From Gemmatimonadaceae bacterium (GTDB lineage Bacteria; Gemmatimonadota; Gemmatimonadetes; Gemmatimonadales; Gemmatimonadaceae): a stretch of DNA of 64,000 bases. The stretch covers positions 3,214-67,213 of the forward strand of contig DASRDS010000204.1 in NCBI GenBank assembly GCA_035652495.1. Reading direction: 5' to 3'. The translations under genes and the position numbers were made by a program. The notes under the pieces are model-generated. The model was not told the origin of the DNA. It was given only the letters and a program-made list of their open reading frames with translations, and did not search any database. Below are positions 50,825 through 60,728 of this stretch, in pieces (the first letter of the stretch is position 1; every line of letters begins with the position of its first letter).

Positions 50825-51781
50825 ATGAGACAGATCTCTGTCACAGCGGTTTCAGTCGTGTGTGGCCCAACGGCGTCAATAGAGGCGTCAGTGCTTAGTG
50901 CGTGGGGTGTTCGCACTGAAGTCATCGGTTGTGACGTGGCTACGCGGTACGCTGCCCGGAACCGTCATGTTCGCATTCTAAGTCGCTCGGCTGAGCTCGT
51001 TTTGAATGCAGCCATGGCGGCTTGGAACGAGGCGGACACTCAATCACGTGCGCAGGGGCGTCGAGTCGCGATCGTTCTCGGCGTCGAGCCAGAGGACGGC
51101 GCGGTTGTCGCCGTAGACAGTAACCAACTCGCATCCCTCGAACCGCTTCATCGGTTTCGTCACCTACCAAATGTTCCGACGGCCGCCCTCGCGATGGAAC
51201 TCGGGGCGACTGGCGCGGCATTAACGTTTGTCAACGGAAGGGTATCCGGTCTCCAGGCGATCGCGGAAGGCCGCAGGCTCATCGATTGTCACGACGCGGA
51301 CATCGTGATATGCGGTGCTGTTGATGGACGAGGCGAGCGAGTGCGTCAGAGACACGAATGTCCACATCACCGCACTGTAGGCGATTGTGCAGCAGCTGTG
51401 ATCCTCGAGGCAACCGACTTCGCTGTGGAAAGACGTGCGTTGCCAGTGCAACTTGTAAATAGTATCCATCCGTCGACGGACGATCCGCCCGTCGCCATTG
51501 TTCGGGACGGCTGGGCATCTTGTTGCGACTGCATCGCGGCGGCGGCGGCATTCGGATGGTCATTGGGTCGGGCGACAGTGTTCGGCAGTATCAGCCGCAA
51601 TCTTCATGGCCTTGGCGTCGTGGCGGCGCTCGCAGGTTGCGGTGTCGTCGCGGCGTTCATGCGCAATTTACAGTCGGCTAGCGACAGGGTCTGCGGACAT
51701 CCGCAATCGTGTGCGCTGATCGTTTCGCGCAACTGTGAAGGTCGCCCTATAGCCATCGCGCTACGTAGGGCCGCACAATGA
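50825..51781 (+). CDS. ketosynthase-like protein lacking the nucleophilic Cys (CLF-like partner)
   Basis: Aligns to the next gene: GAALTFVNGRVSGLQAIAEGRRLI vs GEVFTVYDACASGNDVIGIGLRLI, so Arg sits where the active-site Cys should be. 318 aa. The stop overlaps the next start (ATGA). Confidence 0.65.
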   Translation: MRQISVTAVSVVCGPTASIEASVLSAWGVRTEVIGCDVATRYAARNRHVRILSRSAELVLNAAMAAWNEADTQSRAQGRRVAIVLGVEPEDGAVVAVDSNQLASLEPLHRFRHLPNVPTAALAMELGATGAALTFVNGRVSGLQAIAEGRRLIDCHDADIVICGAVDGRGERVRQRHECPHHRTVGDCAAAVILEATDFAVERRALPVQLVNSIHPSTDDPPVAIVRDGWASCCDCIAAAAAFGWSLGRATVFGSISRNLHGLGVVAALAGCGVVAAFMRNLQSASDRVCGHPQSCALIVSRNCEGRPIAIALRRAAQ

Positions 51782-52923
51782 ACTGTTCTCGTGCTGTCAT
51801 CACGGGCATGAGTGCGTTGTGCGCGCTCGGTGACACGGAACAGATGGCGGCTGGCCTGCGAGCGTCGGTATGCGGAATCGGGCCTTTGACGATCTGCGAC
51901 CCGGTCTTCGGCACGGACACGGCCGCCGAGATACGTGGCTGGAACTCAAGCCTTCACGATCGCATTGGAACACTTGTTGAGCATCTTTCCAAGGGGGCCG
52001 TAAACCACTCGGGCATTGCTCAAAGCAATTCTCGGCTGGCGATAGTTGTCGCCCTCGGTCGGCAGTTCCCCATCTCCACGAACGGTAGCCCGAGGTTTAC
52101 ATTCTGGGAGCCAGGCCAGCGAGTTGCTGATGCACTCGGTTCTGTAGGCGAGGTCTTCACCGTTTATGATGCGTGTGCGTCAGGAAATGACGTGATCGGT
52201 ATTGGGCTTCGACTTATCAGGACTGGCGAGTACGATGCGGTTCTCTGCTGCGCCGCCGACTCACAGATCGCGCCGCAACCGATCGCTGAGTTCAGAAAAC
52301 TGAGCGTTCTGTCGGTACGAGACCCGGAGGGGTTACCACATCCCCGGCCGTTCGATCGGCGTCGCAACGGCTTTGTCCTCGGAGAGGGGGGCGCTGCTTT
52401 TGTAGTCGAGGACGCTGGGCACGCGAATCGTCGCGGTGCAGTCATCCTAGCGGAGGTGTCCGGCTACGGTGCTGCTTGTGATGCCTTCACACTTACTCGC
52501 GGTCATCCCGATTGCCGAGGTATCATTGAATCGATGAGCCGCGCACTTAAGGACGCCCAAATCACCTCAGCGAGTATCGATTACATCAATGCACACGGGA
52601 CCGGCACGGTCGTGAATGACGCCGCCGAGGCCGAGGCTATCAGGAAAGTGTTCGGACATACAGTCCGCCACCTACCCGTTAGCTCTACGAAAGCTGCAAC
52701 AGGACATCTACTCGCCGGCGCCGCTGCCTTGGAATTGGCGATCTGTGTGCTGGCACTGCGAGACCAATTCGTACCAGCGACCTTGAATCACGTCGACGCC
52801 GATCCAGACTGTGGCATAGATTTCGTACCTGGTGAGGCCCGCGATGCGAGGCTCACATATGCCATGTCTAACGCTTTTGGCTTCGGCGGTCATAACGCAA
52901 GCGTCATTCTTGCCCGATGCTGA
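51778..52923 (+). CDS. beta-ketoacyl-ACP synthase II-type ketosynthase
   Basis: Cys-His-His triad context: YDACASGND, INAHGTGT, STKAATGHLLAGAAA, and C-terminal SNAFGFGGHNASVIL. Confidence 0.9.
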   Translation: MNCSRAVITGMSALCALGDTEQMAAGLRASVCGIGPLTICDPVFGTDTAAEIRGWNSSLHDRIGTLVEHLSKGAVNHSGIAQSNSRLAIVVALGRQFPISTNGSPRFTFWEPGQRVADALGSVGEVFTVYDACASGNDVIGIGLRLIRTGEYDAVLCCAADSQIAPQPIAEFRKLSVLSVRDPEGLPHPRPFDRRRNGFVLGEGGAAFVVEDAGHANRRGAVILAEVSGYGAACDAFTLTRGHPDCRGIIESMSRALKDAQITSASIDYINAHGTGTVVNDAAEAEAIRKVFGHTVRHLPVSSTKAATGHLLAGAAALELAICVLALRDQFVPATLNHVDADPDCGIDFVPGEARDARLTYAMSNAFGFGGHNASVILARC

Positions 52924-52944
52924 ACTCAGGGACCAGATAAAACA

Positions 52945-53661
52945 ATGAAGCTTTTATTCATCTGTGTCATCCTCGTCATCGCGTCGACATCCTCTGATTT
53001 GGATACACCACTTGCAACCTTTCACATTCCCATCCAAGTCGACGACTGCGCCCTCGGGCGCTCATTAGCCGACCTCTCGCTCCTCGCTCACTTCGCCTAC
53101 GTCGTCGAGCGCGCCCCTGGCTCATGCGACAGGCGTGACAACATCGGAACAGTGATAGAAGCAGTTGCACAGACTGCGCGTCAACTGCTAGACGCTCTTA
53201 TGGCGCTAAATCCACAATATGAATGGCGAGAGATCGGTGACGTCATCGTGGTTCGCCCAAAAGATGAATGGACGCGGAAGTCACACTTTCTCAACAGGAG
53301 CGTTTCTCCGTTCGAGGCAACAACCGAGCACCTCGGCCGAGCATTTGAGATGATTTCACAGCCGTTCACGCCGCGTGGCTTTCGCGATCGAGATCGATGG
53401 CTTGTCGATTCTCGACGCGATCTCCCCACGGCTACGATCCGTTTCTCCGGTGGTACGCTGCTAGGAGCGCTCGTCGCCGTCGTTGCCGATCGACCGGATT
53501 TGTCCTGGACAATCAGCTATTGTGGGTCGGGACCATCAACCGAGAATGCGATGGTGAGTATCAGGTCGTCGTTTCGAAATATGAGCGGCTCGCGAACGGA
53601 CATCTCAATACCATTAACTGATTCAAGCGGACTTCCGCCACAATGCGACCCAGCCCGCTAG
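52945..53661 (+). CDS. exported hypothetical protein, family copy 1
   Basis: Signal peptide. ARQLLDALMALNPQYEWREIGDVIVVRP and IRFSGGTLLGALVAVV motifs are shared with 54987..55694. Confidence 0.6.
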   Translation: MKLLFICVILVIASTSSDLDTPLATFHIPIQVDDCALGRSLADLSLLAHFAYVVERAPGSCDRRDNIGTVIEAVAQTARQLLDALMALNPQYEWREIGDVIVVRPKDEWTRKSHFLNRSVSPFEATTEHLGRAFEMISQPFTPRGFRDRDRWLVDSRRDLPTATIRFSGGTLLGALVAVVADRPDLSWTISYCGSGPSTENAMVSIRSSFRNMSGSRTDISIPLTDSSGLPPQCDPAR

Positions 53662-54986
53662 TCGTCAGGCCAAGGTTAGACAACGGATCGCGAACAGCCT
53701 GAGCCTTAGATAGACCTCGCAGTCGTGGACGGTCGAGGTCATTGTTTTTCTTGGACAACACAGTTGTAGACCGGCTTACATCGGCAGTGCGCACAGGTCA
53801 ATCCGGTCGACAAGACGGTGCGTGACGTCGCTACGTAGGCCAGAGTGCTACAAAGCGCTCAGACGCGGCTCGTCATTCTCGTCATTGAAGCGCTTGCGTT
53901 AGTGCAAACAAGGTTGCCTCGGCACAGTCCGCTTTTGGTCTATGCCGGTGTTTGTGATCAGCTTGTTGGCTGCGTCTGTATGGCATCAAAGAAACATTCC
54001 ATTCGTCAGACGGCTCGCCAACACTTGGCACCCGTCAAGTCGGTGAGTCATGCAAAACCGTTGGCACTGTCGTCCACAGCGCGTCGTAGTCAACATGCTT
54101 GCTAGAATCGCCGAAACGCCACCAAGTATGGATTGTGTCTTCGGGTCAAAAAGTGATTGACAATTACTTGTATCATGCGCTCGGAACACAGCTAATCGTC
54201 GATGTCGAGACAAGCGATCCAGCGGTAGCCGTTATGCATCTGCGGCAACCACTCCGTAGGCAGGCATTGTAGCCTCCGTCCGTGTGACACCACGCGTTGG
54301 CGAGCAATCTTACGGTTGCCTATTAGAGAGGCGGCAAAGGTGTTAGCGTCGGTCCAGAGTGGGATCGGAATTGCGGCGGTCCGCATCGGCGGATTCTTGC
54401 GGACTGCCCCGACGGCGCCACGATACGACACATGTCATCGTCGCCGCGTACGGCGCGCGCCAGACGGCGGTCGCGACTCTCGTTCCCCTCCAGTCGCGTG
54501 TACTTCGGCTCTTCTTGGTTGCGAAGGAGCCGACAGACACACGTCTCTGAGCGAGGAGACCACGATCGCGAACCCCACTACCGACCACTGCTACCAACAA
54601 GGTCACCCGAACGACAAGGGCAACCCTCCCAGAAAGACTGCTGACGCCGAACTGCGCATCGGAGCGGCGGAGTAGCGCGGGCCGAAACGTGACGCCGCGC
54701 GTGGGTACATCGTTATCGGCGAGCGTTGCAGCTTTGCGTCGCTGCTGTTGCCGTTGGTCTCCACGCGCACTTGCTCTGGTCGCTCAGCCCGTGTCGCGCG
54801 AACGTCCCCCCAGCGCTGGGCGGTCACTGAGAGCGGTTTCTACCGAAGCCGCTTCGCTATCAATTCATTTGAATTCGATAAAGAGGCACCGAATTGCAGG
54901 ACCTGTCTCTTGTCATTGGGTGCGATTACGGCCGAGGAGGGGCGCTGGTCGTCCTAAGAAACGCGAGAATTGTGTAGGAGGACAGG

Positions 54987-55694
54987 ATGAGAGAGTTATT
55001 CGTCGCGACGCTCGCAGCCGCATGCTGCGGTGGAGTCGGGTATGCAGCTGCCAGCTCAACGGCGGATGTGAGCGTGGCAAGTTTCTCACTTCCCACAGCA
55101 CTTCCGCCGTGCGGTATCGCCACGGCGGTCGTTCGTCTTGTCCGGGCAACAGACGTGCCAATCGCAATCGAAAGGACGTCGCGATGCCAGGGCGAGAATA
55201 GCTTTCCGCGGCTGGACGTCACGGCCGCAACGCGGTTCTCGCGAGTGCCTCTTCGGACTGTTCTCGATGTGCTCGTTGCACTCGACCCGTCATACGCGTG
55301 GGCTGAGAAGAACGGCGCCATCAGCGTACGGCCCATTAGTGCGGTCCACGACATGAGCAATGTGCTCAACTCTTCTATCCCTGCGGTGTCCCTAAAGCAA
55401 ACGACGGCTGCGGCCGTACTTAGCCACCTCCTCGCCGTTCCCGTGAACGGGGAAGTCGACCAAAACGTGTTTGACTTCTCTTTTGCCGGAGGAACACTCG
55501 CGGACGCTCTGGATATCCTCATGCGAGCTGATCACGTTGTGTGGGATGCCGGCTTGATCATCCATCCAGACGCTCGCGCCGCGGACGGCGACCCGAGCTT
55601 GATGGTATCGCTTCGTACGCTTCACGGGGGTGGAATTTCGGTCGCGACCCCTGTTCGACGATTGATCACCCCAACGCAGATGCCACGTCCATAG
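54987..55694 (+). CDS. exported hypothetical protein, family copy 2
   Basis: AGGAGG upstream. LRTVLDVLVALDPSYAWAEKNGAISVRP and FSFAGGTLADALDILM parallel copy 1. Confidence 0.6.
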   Translation: MRELFVATLAAACCGGVGYAAASSTADVSVASFSLPTALPPCGIATAVVRLVRATDVPIAIERTSRCQGENSFPRLDVTAATRFSRVPLRTVLDVLVALDPSYAWAEKNGAISVRPISAVHDMSNVLNSSIPAVSLKQTTAAAVLSHLLAVPVNGEVDQNVFDFSFAGGTLADALDILMRADHVVWDAGLIIHPDARAADGDPSLMVSLRTLHGGGISVATPVRRLITPTQMPRP

Positions 55695-55943
55695 GAGATA
55701 GGCCTGTCGAGACGGCCGTGTCGGTTCGCTCTTCCGACACGACCGTCTCTGGCCACTAATCGTCCCGTTTGGCCGCTCGCCCTCAACTGCTCAAGCAAGG
55801 TGGCGACTTTTCCGCTCCCGGTGAGTCCGTTGTCGTCTTCTTGCCCCGCGCTGCGCGGTTCGGACCACAGGTGGCGTACCATTGCGTCCGCACGGAACGT
55901 CCGCCGCACGTGCTGACACACATCGGACAAGCCGACAACAACT

Positions 55944-56435
55944 TGAAGCGTACCGGGTTTGTCGGAGGGCCTATTCCGAAAGAGGATGTGGGCCATGCAC
56001 GACCGAGCAAGTATTCTTCTGAAGTCCGCGAGCGCTTCGTCCGGCTGGCGCAGGAGCACACGGTGGAGCAGGTCTCGCATTGGGCCGCGGTCGCGGCCAT
56101 CGCTCCGAAGGCAGGCTGTACCGTTGAGACGCTCCGGCGGTGGGTGCGCCAGGCCGAGCGAGACGCCGGCCAGCGCGGCGGCCTGACCACCGACGAGCGC
56201 GCGGAGCTGAAACGACTGCAAGGCGAGTCGTGGAGCTGAAACCGCGAACGAGATTCTCAAGAAGGCGGCGGCGTTTTTCGCCCAGGCGGAGCTCGACCGC
56301 CGCGGGAAGTAGTGGTGGGCTTCATCAATGACCACCGCGAGACGTATGGGGGTCGAGTCGAGCTGCCGCGTCGTGCCGATCGCCCCATCGACCTATTACC
56401 GGCATCGGGCCCGCCAGCTCGATCCGACGACCTGG
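55944..56435 (+). mobile_element. decayed, 3'-truncated IS3-family element
   Basis: IR-like TGAAGCGTACCGGG at 55944. OrfA-like VGHARPSKYSSEVRERFVRLAQEH..GCTVETLRRWVRQAERDAGQRGGLTTDERAELKRL, then pieces in other frames (ANEILKKAAAFFAQAELDRRGK; VVGFINDHRETYG; CRVVPIAPSTYYRHRARQLDP). The rve core is missing. Confidence 0.7.
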
Positions 56436-56652
56436 CTGCGACTGCCTCTGCGAACCCTCGGGTGCTTACCGGGATTTCGTGTTGCCTTTTCCTTGCCCTT
56501 TGCTGACACTCAAACGCGGATCGGCGCGGCAAACGCCGGCATCAGATTGATTCTTTTGATCGTCGACCGAACACGATTTTTCCGAGGTCAATGCGCGATC
56601 CGTCGACTCGATGCAATCGCTCGCAATACGCGGCAAGGCGGTCGTTTTTCGT

Positions 56653-56697
56653 CTGTTAACCGGAGGGTTGTTGGTTCGAGTCCAGCCTGAGGAGCCA
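56653..56697 (+). repeat. tRNA-Asn(GUU) 3' half, copy C (att-like, opposite orientation)
   Basis: CTGTTAACCGGAGGGTTGTTGGTTCGAGTCCAGCCTGAGGAGCCA, with one mismatch to copies A and B (in the T-stem). No 5' half upstream. Confidence 0.8.
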
Positions 56698-56734
56698 ATT
56701 GTTCAAGGTATGTTCCGGTCACATGGGTGACGGT

Positions 56735-56986
56735 TTATTCCGAGCACATAGGTAACACTTTCGAGCCGAAGGGATTCTCGATCGGCTCGACTCGTCTCAC
56801 CTCGTCGTCGAAGTAGCCCAAATCGTAGTCCATGAAGGTCACGAGCCAGACGTGCTCGCCGACCTGCGTCACGCCGACGTTCTGGCCGGCGAAGACGTGA
56901 CTCAGATTGATCTTGCGGCCGTGGAAGCAGATTCGGCCGCAGTGCGTGACGGTGACCTGTAGCGTGGACGGCAGAAGGAAGGGCAA
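56735..56986 (-). mobile_element. IS481-like transposase C-terminal remnant
   Basis: VTHCGRICFHGRKINLSHVFAGQNVGVTQVGEHVWLVTFMDYDLGYFDDEVRRVEPIENPFGSKVLPMCSE. Near-identical C-terminus to 27099..27334, in the opposite orientation. Confidence 0.7.
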
Positions 56987-57348
56987 TGTGCCGATCATTA
57001 GCGATGTCTCCGATCGGCACGTACCGCACCCCAGGATCGAAGCTGCGTGATGAACGTCCTGGGTACCCGATCTTCGAGGTCGATCTCGACACAACCGATC
57101 CAGCGAGACCTCACCTAAACCCTGCGCTGCGACGACTGTTGGCACTCTACCGAGGTGCGTTAGCGACTCGGCTGAAAAAGCTAGTTATCGCCGTCGCACC
57201 TGCGTCTCCGATGTGCCGCCACGCCAGCCAATCGTTCGCGGACGCTGTGACCGTCATGTTCTGAACCAGAGGCTCGGCTCGACTTGCCGTTAATAGCGCA
57301 ATTCCTATGGGGCGCACACGAGTGTGCCTCCACTGCCTAAACGCCAGC

Positions 57349-59547
57349 TTACGAAATCTTGCGACCTCGAGAAACGTGCGGCAGGGACTCGTTTGTCTGG
57401 ACACCATGTTCGAGCGGTAACTGCGGCTCAGCTACTCGCCGTAGCCACGCCGGTGCATTGCGAAGAACAATTCGAAGCAACTCGCCGGGTTCGATCTTTC
57501 GAAGACCTTCCGCATGTAGCCGCGACCCATAAGCCATAGAACTGGCCGCAGTCCTGCGCAGAACGACGAACAAGCGCTCGACGAGTTCTGGCCTCGTCTT
57601 CAGCAACTTCGCGAGCGCCGGACGCGGGTACATCAAAAGATAAGAATTTGTTGCGATGGCGTCGGATCTATTCCAGAGAAACCGTAGCGGAGGTGCATCC
57701 CCATGCCCTCGGCCCATGTACGTGCAGACAAACAATGGAATGCCCCGGCGATCCTGTCGGTACCAGGGGTTCCTCTCTCTGGCCAAAGTACCGTGCGACA
57801 CTCCTTTGGACTTTCCCGCATCGAGGTACTCCATCAGTTTCGGGTACCGTTTCTTGATCTCACCCTCAGGTAGATCGCAATCGATTACGCATAACTGCGG
57901 GCACACACGAGGGTATCCATCTCGCTGGCGTTCAATAACATCATCACGCAGCGTTTTGACCTTTGGCAAAATGGGTCGCAGCGCCTCTTTAGGTATGCCA
58001 AGTCGAGACGCCAACGAGCGCTCGAGGATGAAGAAATCGTTTGCGCCGGTCGCAATTCCGCGAGACACAAAGAACAAATCACCGAGCCGAACGACTTCCG
58101 AGTCTTCGCTGTCGGAGACTCTCGGAATGGTCCACCTGGTGTCCGACGCGAGTTCATCAACGGAGACAGTCTGGGTAAACTCTGGACGGCTGAGAGTTCC
58201 TCCCGACGTCATCGTTACCATGTCACCCGAGGTCGGCGATGTATTTTGAAACAAGACAACCGCGGGCAGCACTCTCGCATTCTCGAACTGTTGGGCCGCA
58301 TAGTCGAATCTGTGCACCCGCACCAGTCTGACCCGATGCGTGAGGTAGCGCCGCACTGCTTTTCCGTATGTCGTCTGCATGAATTCCGAAGGGATCAACC
58401 ACGCGGCGACCGCGCCATCAGCCATCCATTGATGGCTTAACAACATAAAATACACATAGAGACCGGCCCGAGCATCAATACGGGTTCCCATCATCACGGA
58501 CGCTCGTTCGCGCAACTCCATCTTGTACTTTGGTTCAATCGCCTGGTGTCTGAGATAAGGCGGATTTGCCAAGATCAAGTTCCGCGGCGGCAGTCTCTCC
58601 ATGTGCAGGTAGTCGCCGAACATTACGTCCATACCACGATGAGACCACCGCCAGCGCGCCGCCTCTACCTGCCTCGGACTGATATCAATACCGATGGACG
58701 ACGATAGCCGGTCTTGGGGAACTAGCTGAAGTAGGGCACCATAAAACGCACCTGTTCCAACAGCGGGATCGCCGAAGTCAATCTTCTTCGCGTGGCCGTC
58801 GAGCAATTTGACCGCGGTATCAGCTATCTCTCGCGCCAACTCCGGAGGGGTCAGATGCACTTCAGGTTCCGTCAGCGTACCTGCCGCATTACCCGCACCG
58901 CTTGGACCAACTCGAACTTCGGATCGACCGACGCGGTCGTAGTTACGCACAGACTCGTGCAGGTGAGCGCATAATAGCTCGCACAGTTCCAATCTGCGCT
59001 GTTTCGGCAGTTCAACTAACCAGTTCCAGTCAAGCTTCTCGTTGGTAGCTTGAAAGAACGTTTGGCGAAGTAATTCGCTGAATTCACGCGGCCGAGTCGG
59101 TCGCTTCTTCCTAGCCGACTTGACAGGAATATGCGTCAACATCGTTCCGTCTGGCAGCGGGACCCTGAAATGCCAGTCGAAAGCCTGAATCCGCGTGAGC
59201 AGTTGCTCGCTGAACTCAGCCGACAATCCGTCGTACAGAGTGATGTGGAACTCACTGGCTGGATAGTCGGGCTTGTGTTCCAAAAGGACCAAGTCATCGG
59301 CGCGGCACCGGATGTACACGGTTCGGTGCGGTCTACCGTTCCTGTCACTAAGAAACGAGCCAGGCTCGATAAGATCGATGTGGTTGACAGGGGTATTGAG
59401 GTATTCGTGTGGAATCGACAGTTTCGAAAAGTATCTCACGGTCACGTGCGGCTTAGACCCAGAACCCGGCTCACACACTTTTCGCACGAGTTCCAAGTGT
59501 GGTCCAACGACCGTGTCGGTGATGTACAGTACTGAAACGCTGGCCAC
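57349..59547 (-). CDS. 2H-phosphoesterase-like N-domain fused to a gamma-class N6-adenine DNA methyltransferase with TRD
   Basis: 732 aa. Two H-h-T-h motifs (KPHVTVRY, EFHITLYD) about 67 aa apart in the first about 150 aa. MTase motif I FGDPAVGTGAF, motif IV LILANPPYLRH. C-terminal target-recognition-like region (LGDLFFVSRGIATGANDFFIL). Confidence 0.8.
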   Translation of the reverse strand: MASVSVLYITDTVVGPHLELVRKVCEPGSGSKPHVTVRYFSKLSIPHEYLNTPVNHIDLIEPGSFLSDRNGRPHRTVYIRCRADDLVLLEHKPDYPASEFHITLYDGLSAEFSEQLLTRIQAFDWHFRVPLPDGTMLTHIPVKSARKKRPTRPREFSELLRQTFFQATNEKLDWNWLVELPKQRRLELCELLCAHLHESVRNYDRVGRSEVRVGPSGAGNAAGTLTEPEVHLTPPELAREIADTAVKLLDGHAKKIDFGDPAVGTGAFYGALLQLVPQDRLSSSIGIDISPRQVEAARWRWSHRGMDVMFGDYLHMERLPPRNLILANPPYLRHQAIEPKYKMELRERASVMMGTRIDARAGLYVYFMLLSHQWMADGAVAAWLIPSEFMQTTYGKAVRRYLTHRVRLVRVHRFDYAAQQFENARVLPAVVLFQNTSPTSGDMVTMTSGGTLSRPEFTQTVSVDELASDTRWTIPRVSDSEDSEVVRLGDLFFVSRGIATGANDFFILERSLASRLGIPKEALRPILPKVKTLRDDVIERQRDGYPRVCPQLCVIDCDLPEGEIKKRYPKLMEYLDAGKSKGVSHGTLARERNPWYRQDRRGIPLFVCTYMGRGHGDAPPLRFLWNRSDAIATNSYLLMYPRPALAKLLKTRPELVERLFVVLRRTAASSMAYGSRLHAEGLRKIEPGELLRIVLRNAPAWLRRVAEPQLPLEHGVQTNESLPHVSRGRKIS

Positions 59548-60534
59548 TTATACCACCAACTGCCTCAGTAGGCGGAGCTCTGAATCCGTCTCGTCGATGA
59601 TACGGAGCAACTCGAACATTGCATCACCGTACTCGTTAGCTTGCGTGAACATCTGTCGCCGCTGAGCCTTGTCTTTGAAGTGTGCCTCCAGCTCGGATGT
59701 TGGTAAGCCGGTCAACTCAAGAAACGCAGAGTATTTCTCCAAAAGGTAGCCCACTGCGTTTGATGCAGCAGGTACTCGTGATGGTATGCCTTCTAGTCTT
59801 TGCCTCGGAGTTAAACGCGTGAGCGAAATCACTTGTTCTTGACTTACCGGCGCCGGCAGACTACCGAGCGCAGCTATGGTCGCGAAACATGTCGTCATGC
59901 GACTATATTTGAGCTTGAAATTTCTTACCTTTTGCTTGATCTTACGAATCTCGTCACCTGTCCTCAAGTTACGTTTGTTTTCGTAATTCAAGAGAAGCGT
60001 CTTCCAGTAGCGGCAAATGTCATTCAACAAGAACGTGGCCTGAAAATTACTGGGATGATCCGGGAAATCCTTAAAATATGAGTCGATGATTTCGCGGATT
60101 ATTGAGTCATATGTGTTATGTCCGTACAAACACGAGCTCTCCAGCAAAAGAAGCATTCGAGCCGTGAAATAATTCATCTGGTCGTCTGTCGGCCCACCTA
60201 GGTGTTTCAGTATTTCGTTCGAATGGAGGAAAACGAGATACTCGCAGTCATTTGAGAATTGAGGGAATCCTAGTCCCTCAACAATGTCGATGATCTTACC
60301 GAAAATGTTCAGCTCGCGAGTCCGTGGATTAGCGAGTGCAGACTTGTCACCAGAGACTAAGAAGAACATGTCAATGTCGGAGTGCTGACTGGCTTCGAGA
60401 CGACCGTAGGATCCGGCGCTAAATATCGTCAGTTCGGGAAAATCCTTGAGGCCAGGCAAATCCGCGAAAGCCCGCCTCAACTGATCAAGTCGGTCTTGCG
60501 AAAATCTCACACGGGCGTCCGCTGTTGTCGACAT
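59548..60534 (-). CDS. Pol-beta-superfamily nucleotidyltransferase with helical C-terminal domain
   Basis: FSAGSYGRLEASQHSDIDMFFLV (G-S-x10-D-x-D). Its TAA stop directly abuts the GTG start of the downstream methyltransferase fusion. Confidence 0.8.
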   Translation of the reverse strand: MSTTADARVRFSQDRLDQLRRAFADLPGLKDFPELTIFSAGSYGRLEASQHSDIDMFFLVSGDKSALANPRTRELNIFGKIIDIVEGLGFPQFSNDCEYLVFLHSNEILKHLGGPTDDQMNYFTARMLLLLESSCLYGHNTYDSIIREIIDSYFKDFPDHPSNFQATFLLNDICRYWKTLLLNYENKRNLRTGDEIRKIKQKVRNFKLKYSRMTTCFATIAALGSLPAPVSQEQVISLTRLTPRQRLEGIPSRVPAASNAVGYLLEKYSAFLELTGLPTSELEAHFKDKAQRRQMFTQANEYGDAMFELLRIIDETDSELRLLRQLVV

Positions 60535-60728
60535 GTCCTAGTTCCGCGCCAGGGATGACGATGGCACGTCAGCTGACATTTTACTCGAACTGTCGACGTG
60601 AGCGCCGAGACCATCTGGACCAACGGATGTCCTTTGCGTGCAATCATTTGACGGATGGCCTGAAACATCGACGTGCGGCTTGCTGAATTGGGTGTTTAGC
60701 AGGTGCTACGATTCATACGGAGAACGAA

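Noticed and set aside
55622-56335. 237-aa minus-strand ORF containing GLTGSGKV (Walker-A-like)
   Set aside because: It overlaps the IS3 remnant antisense and is mostly Arg/Ala-rich. The glycine-rich string is not a proper GxxxxGK[ST] P-loop context.
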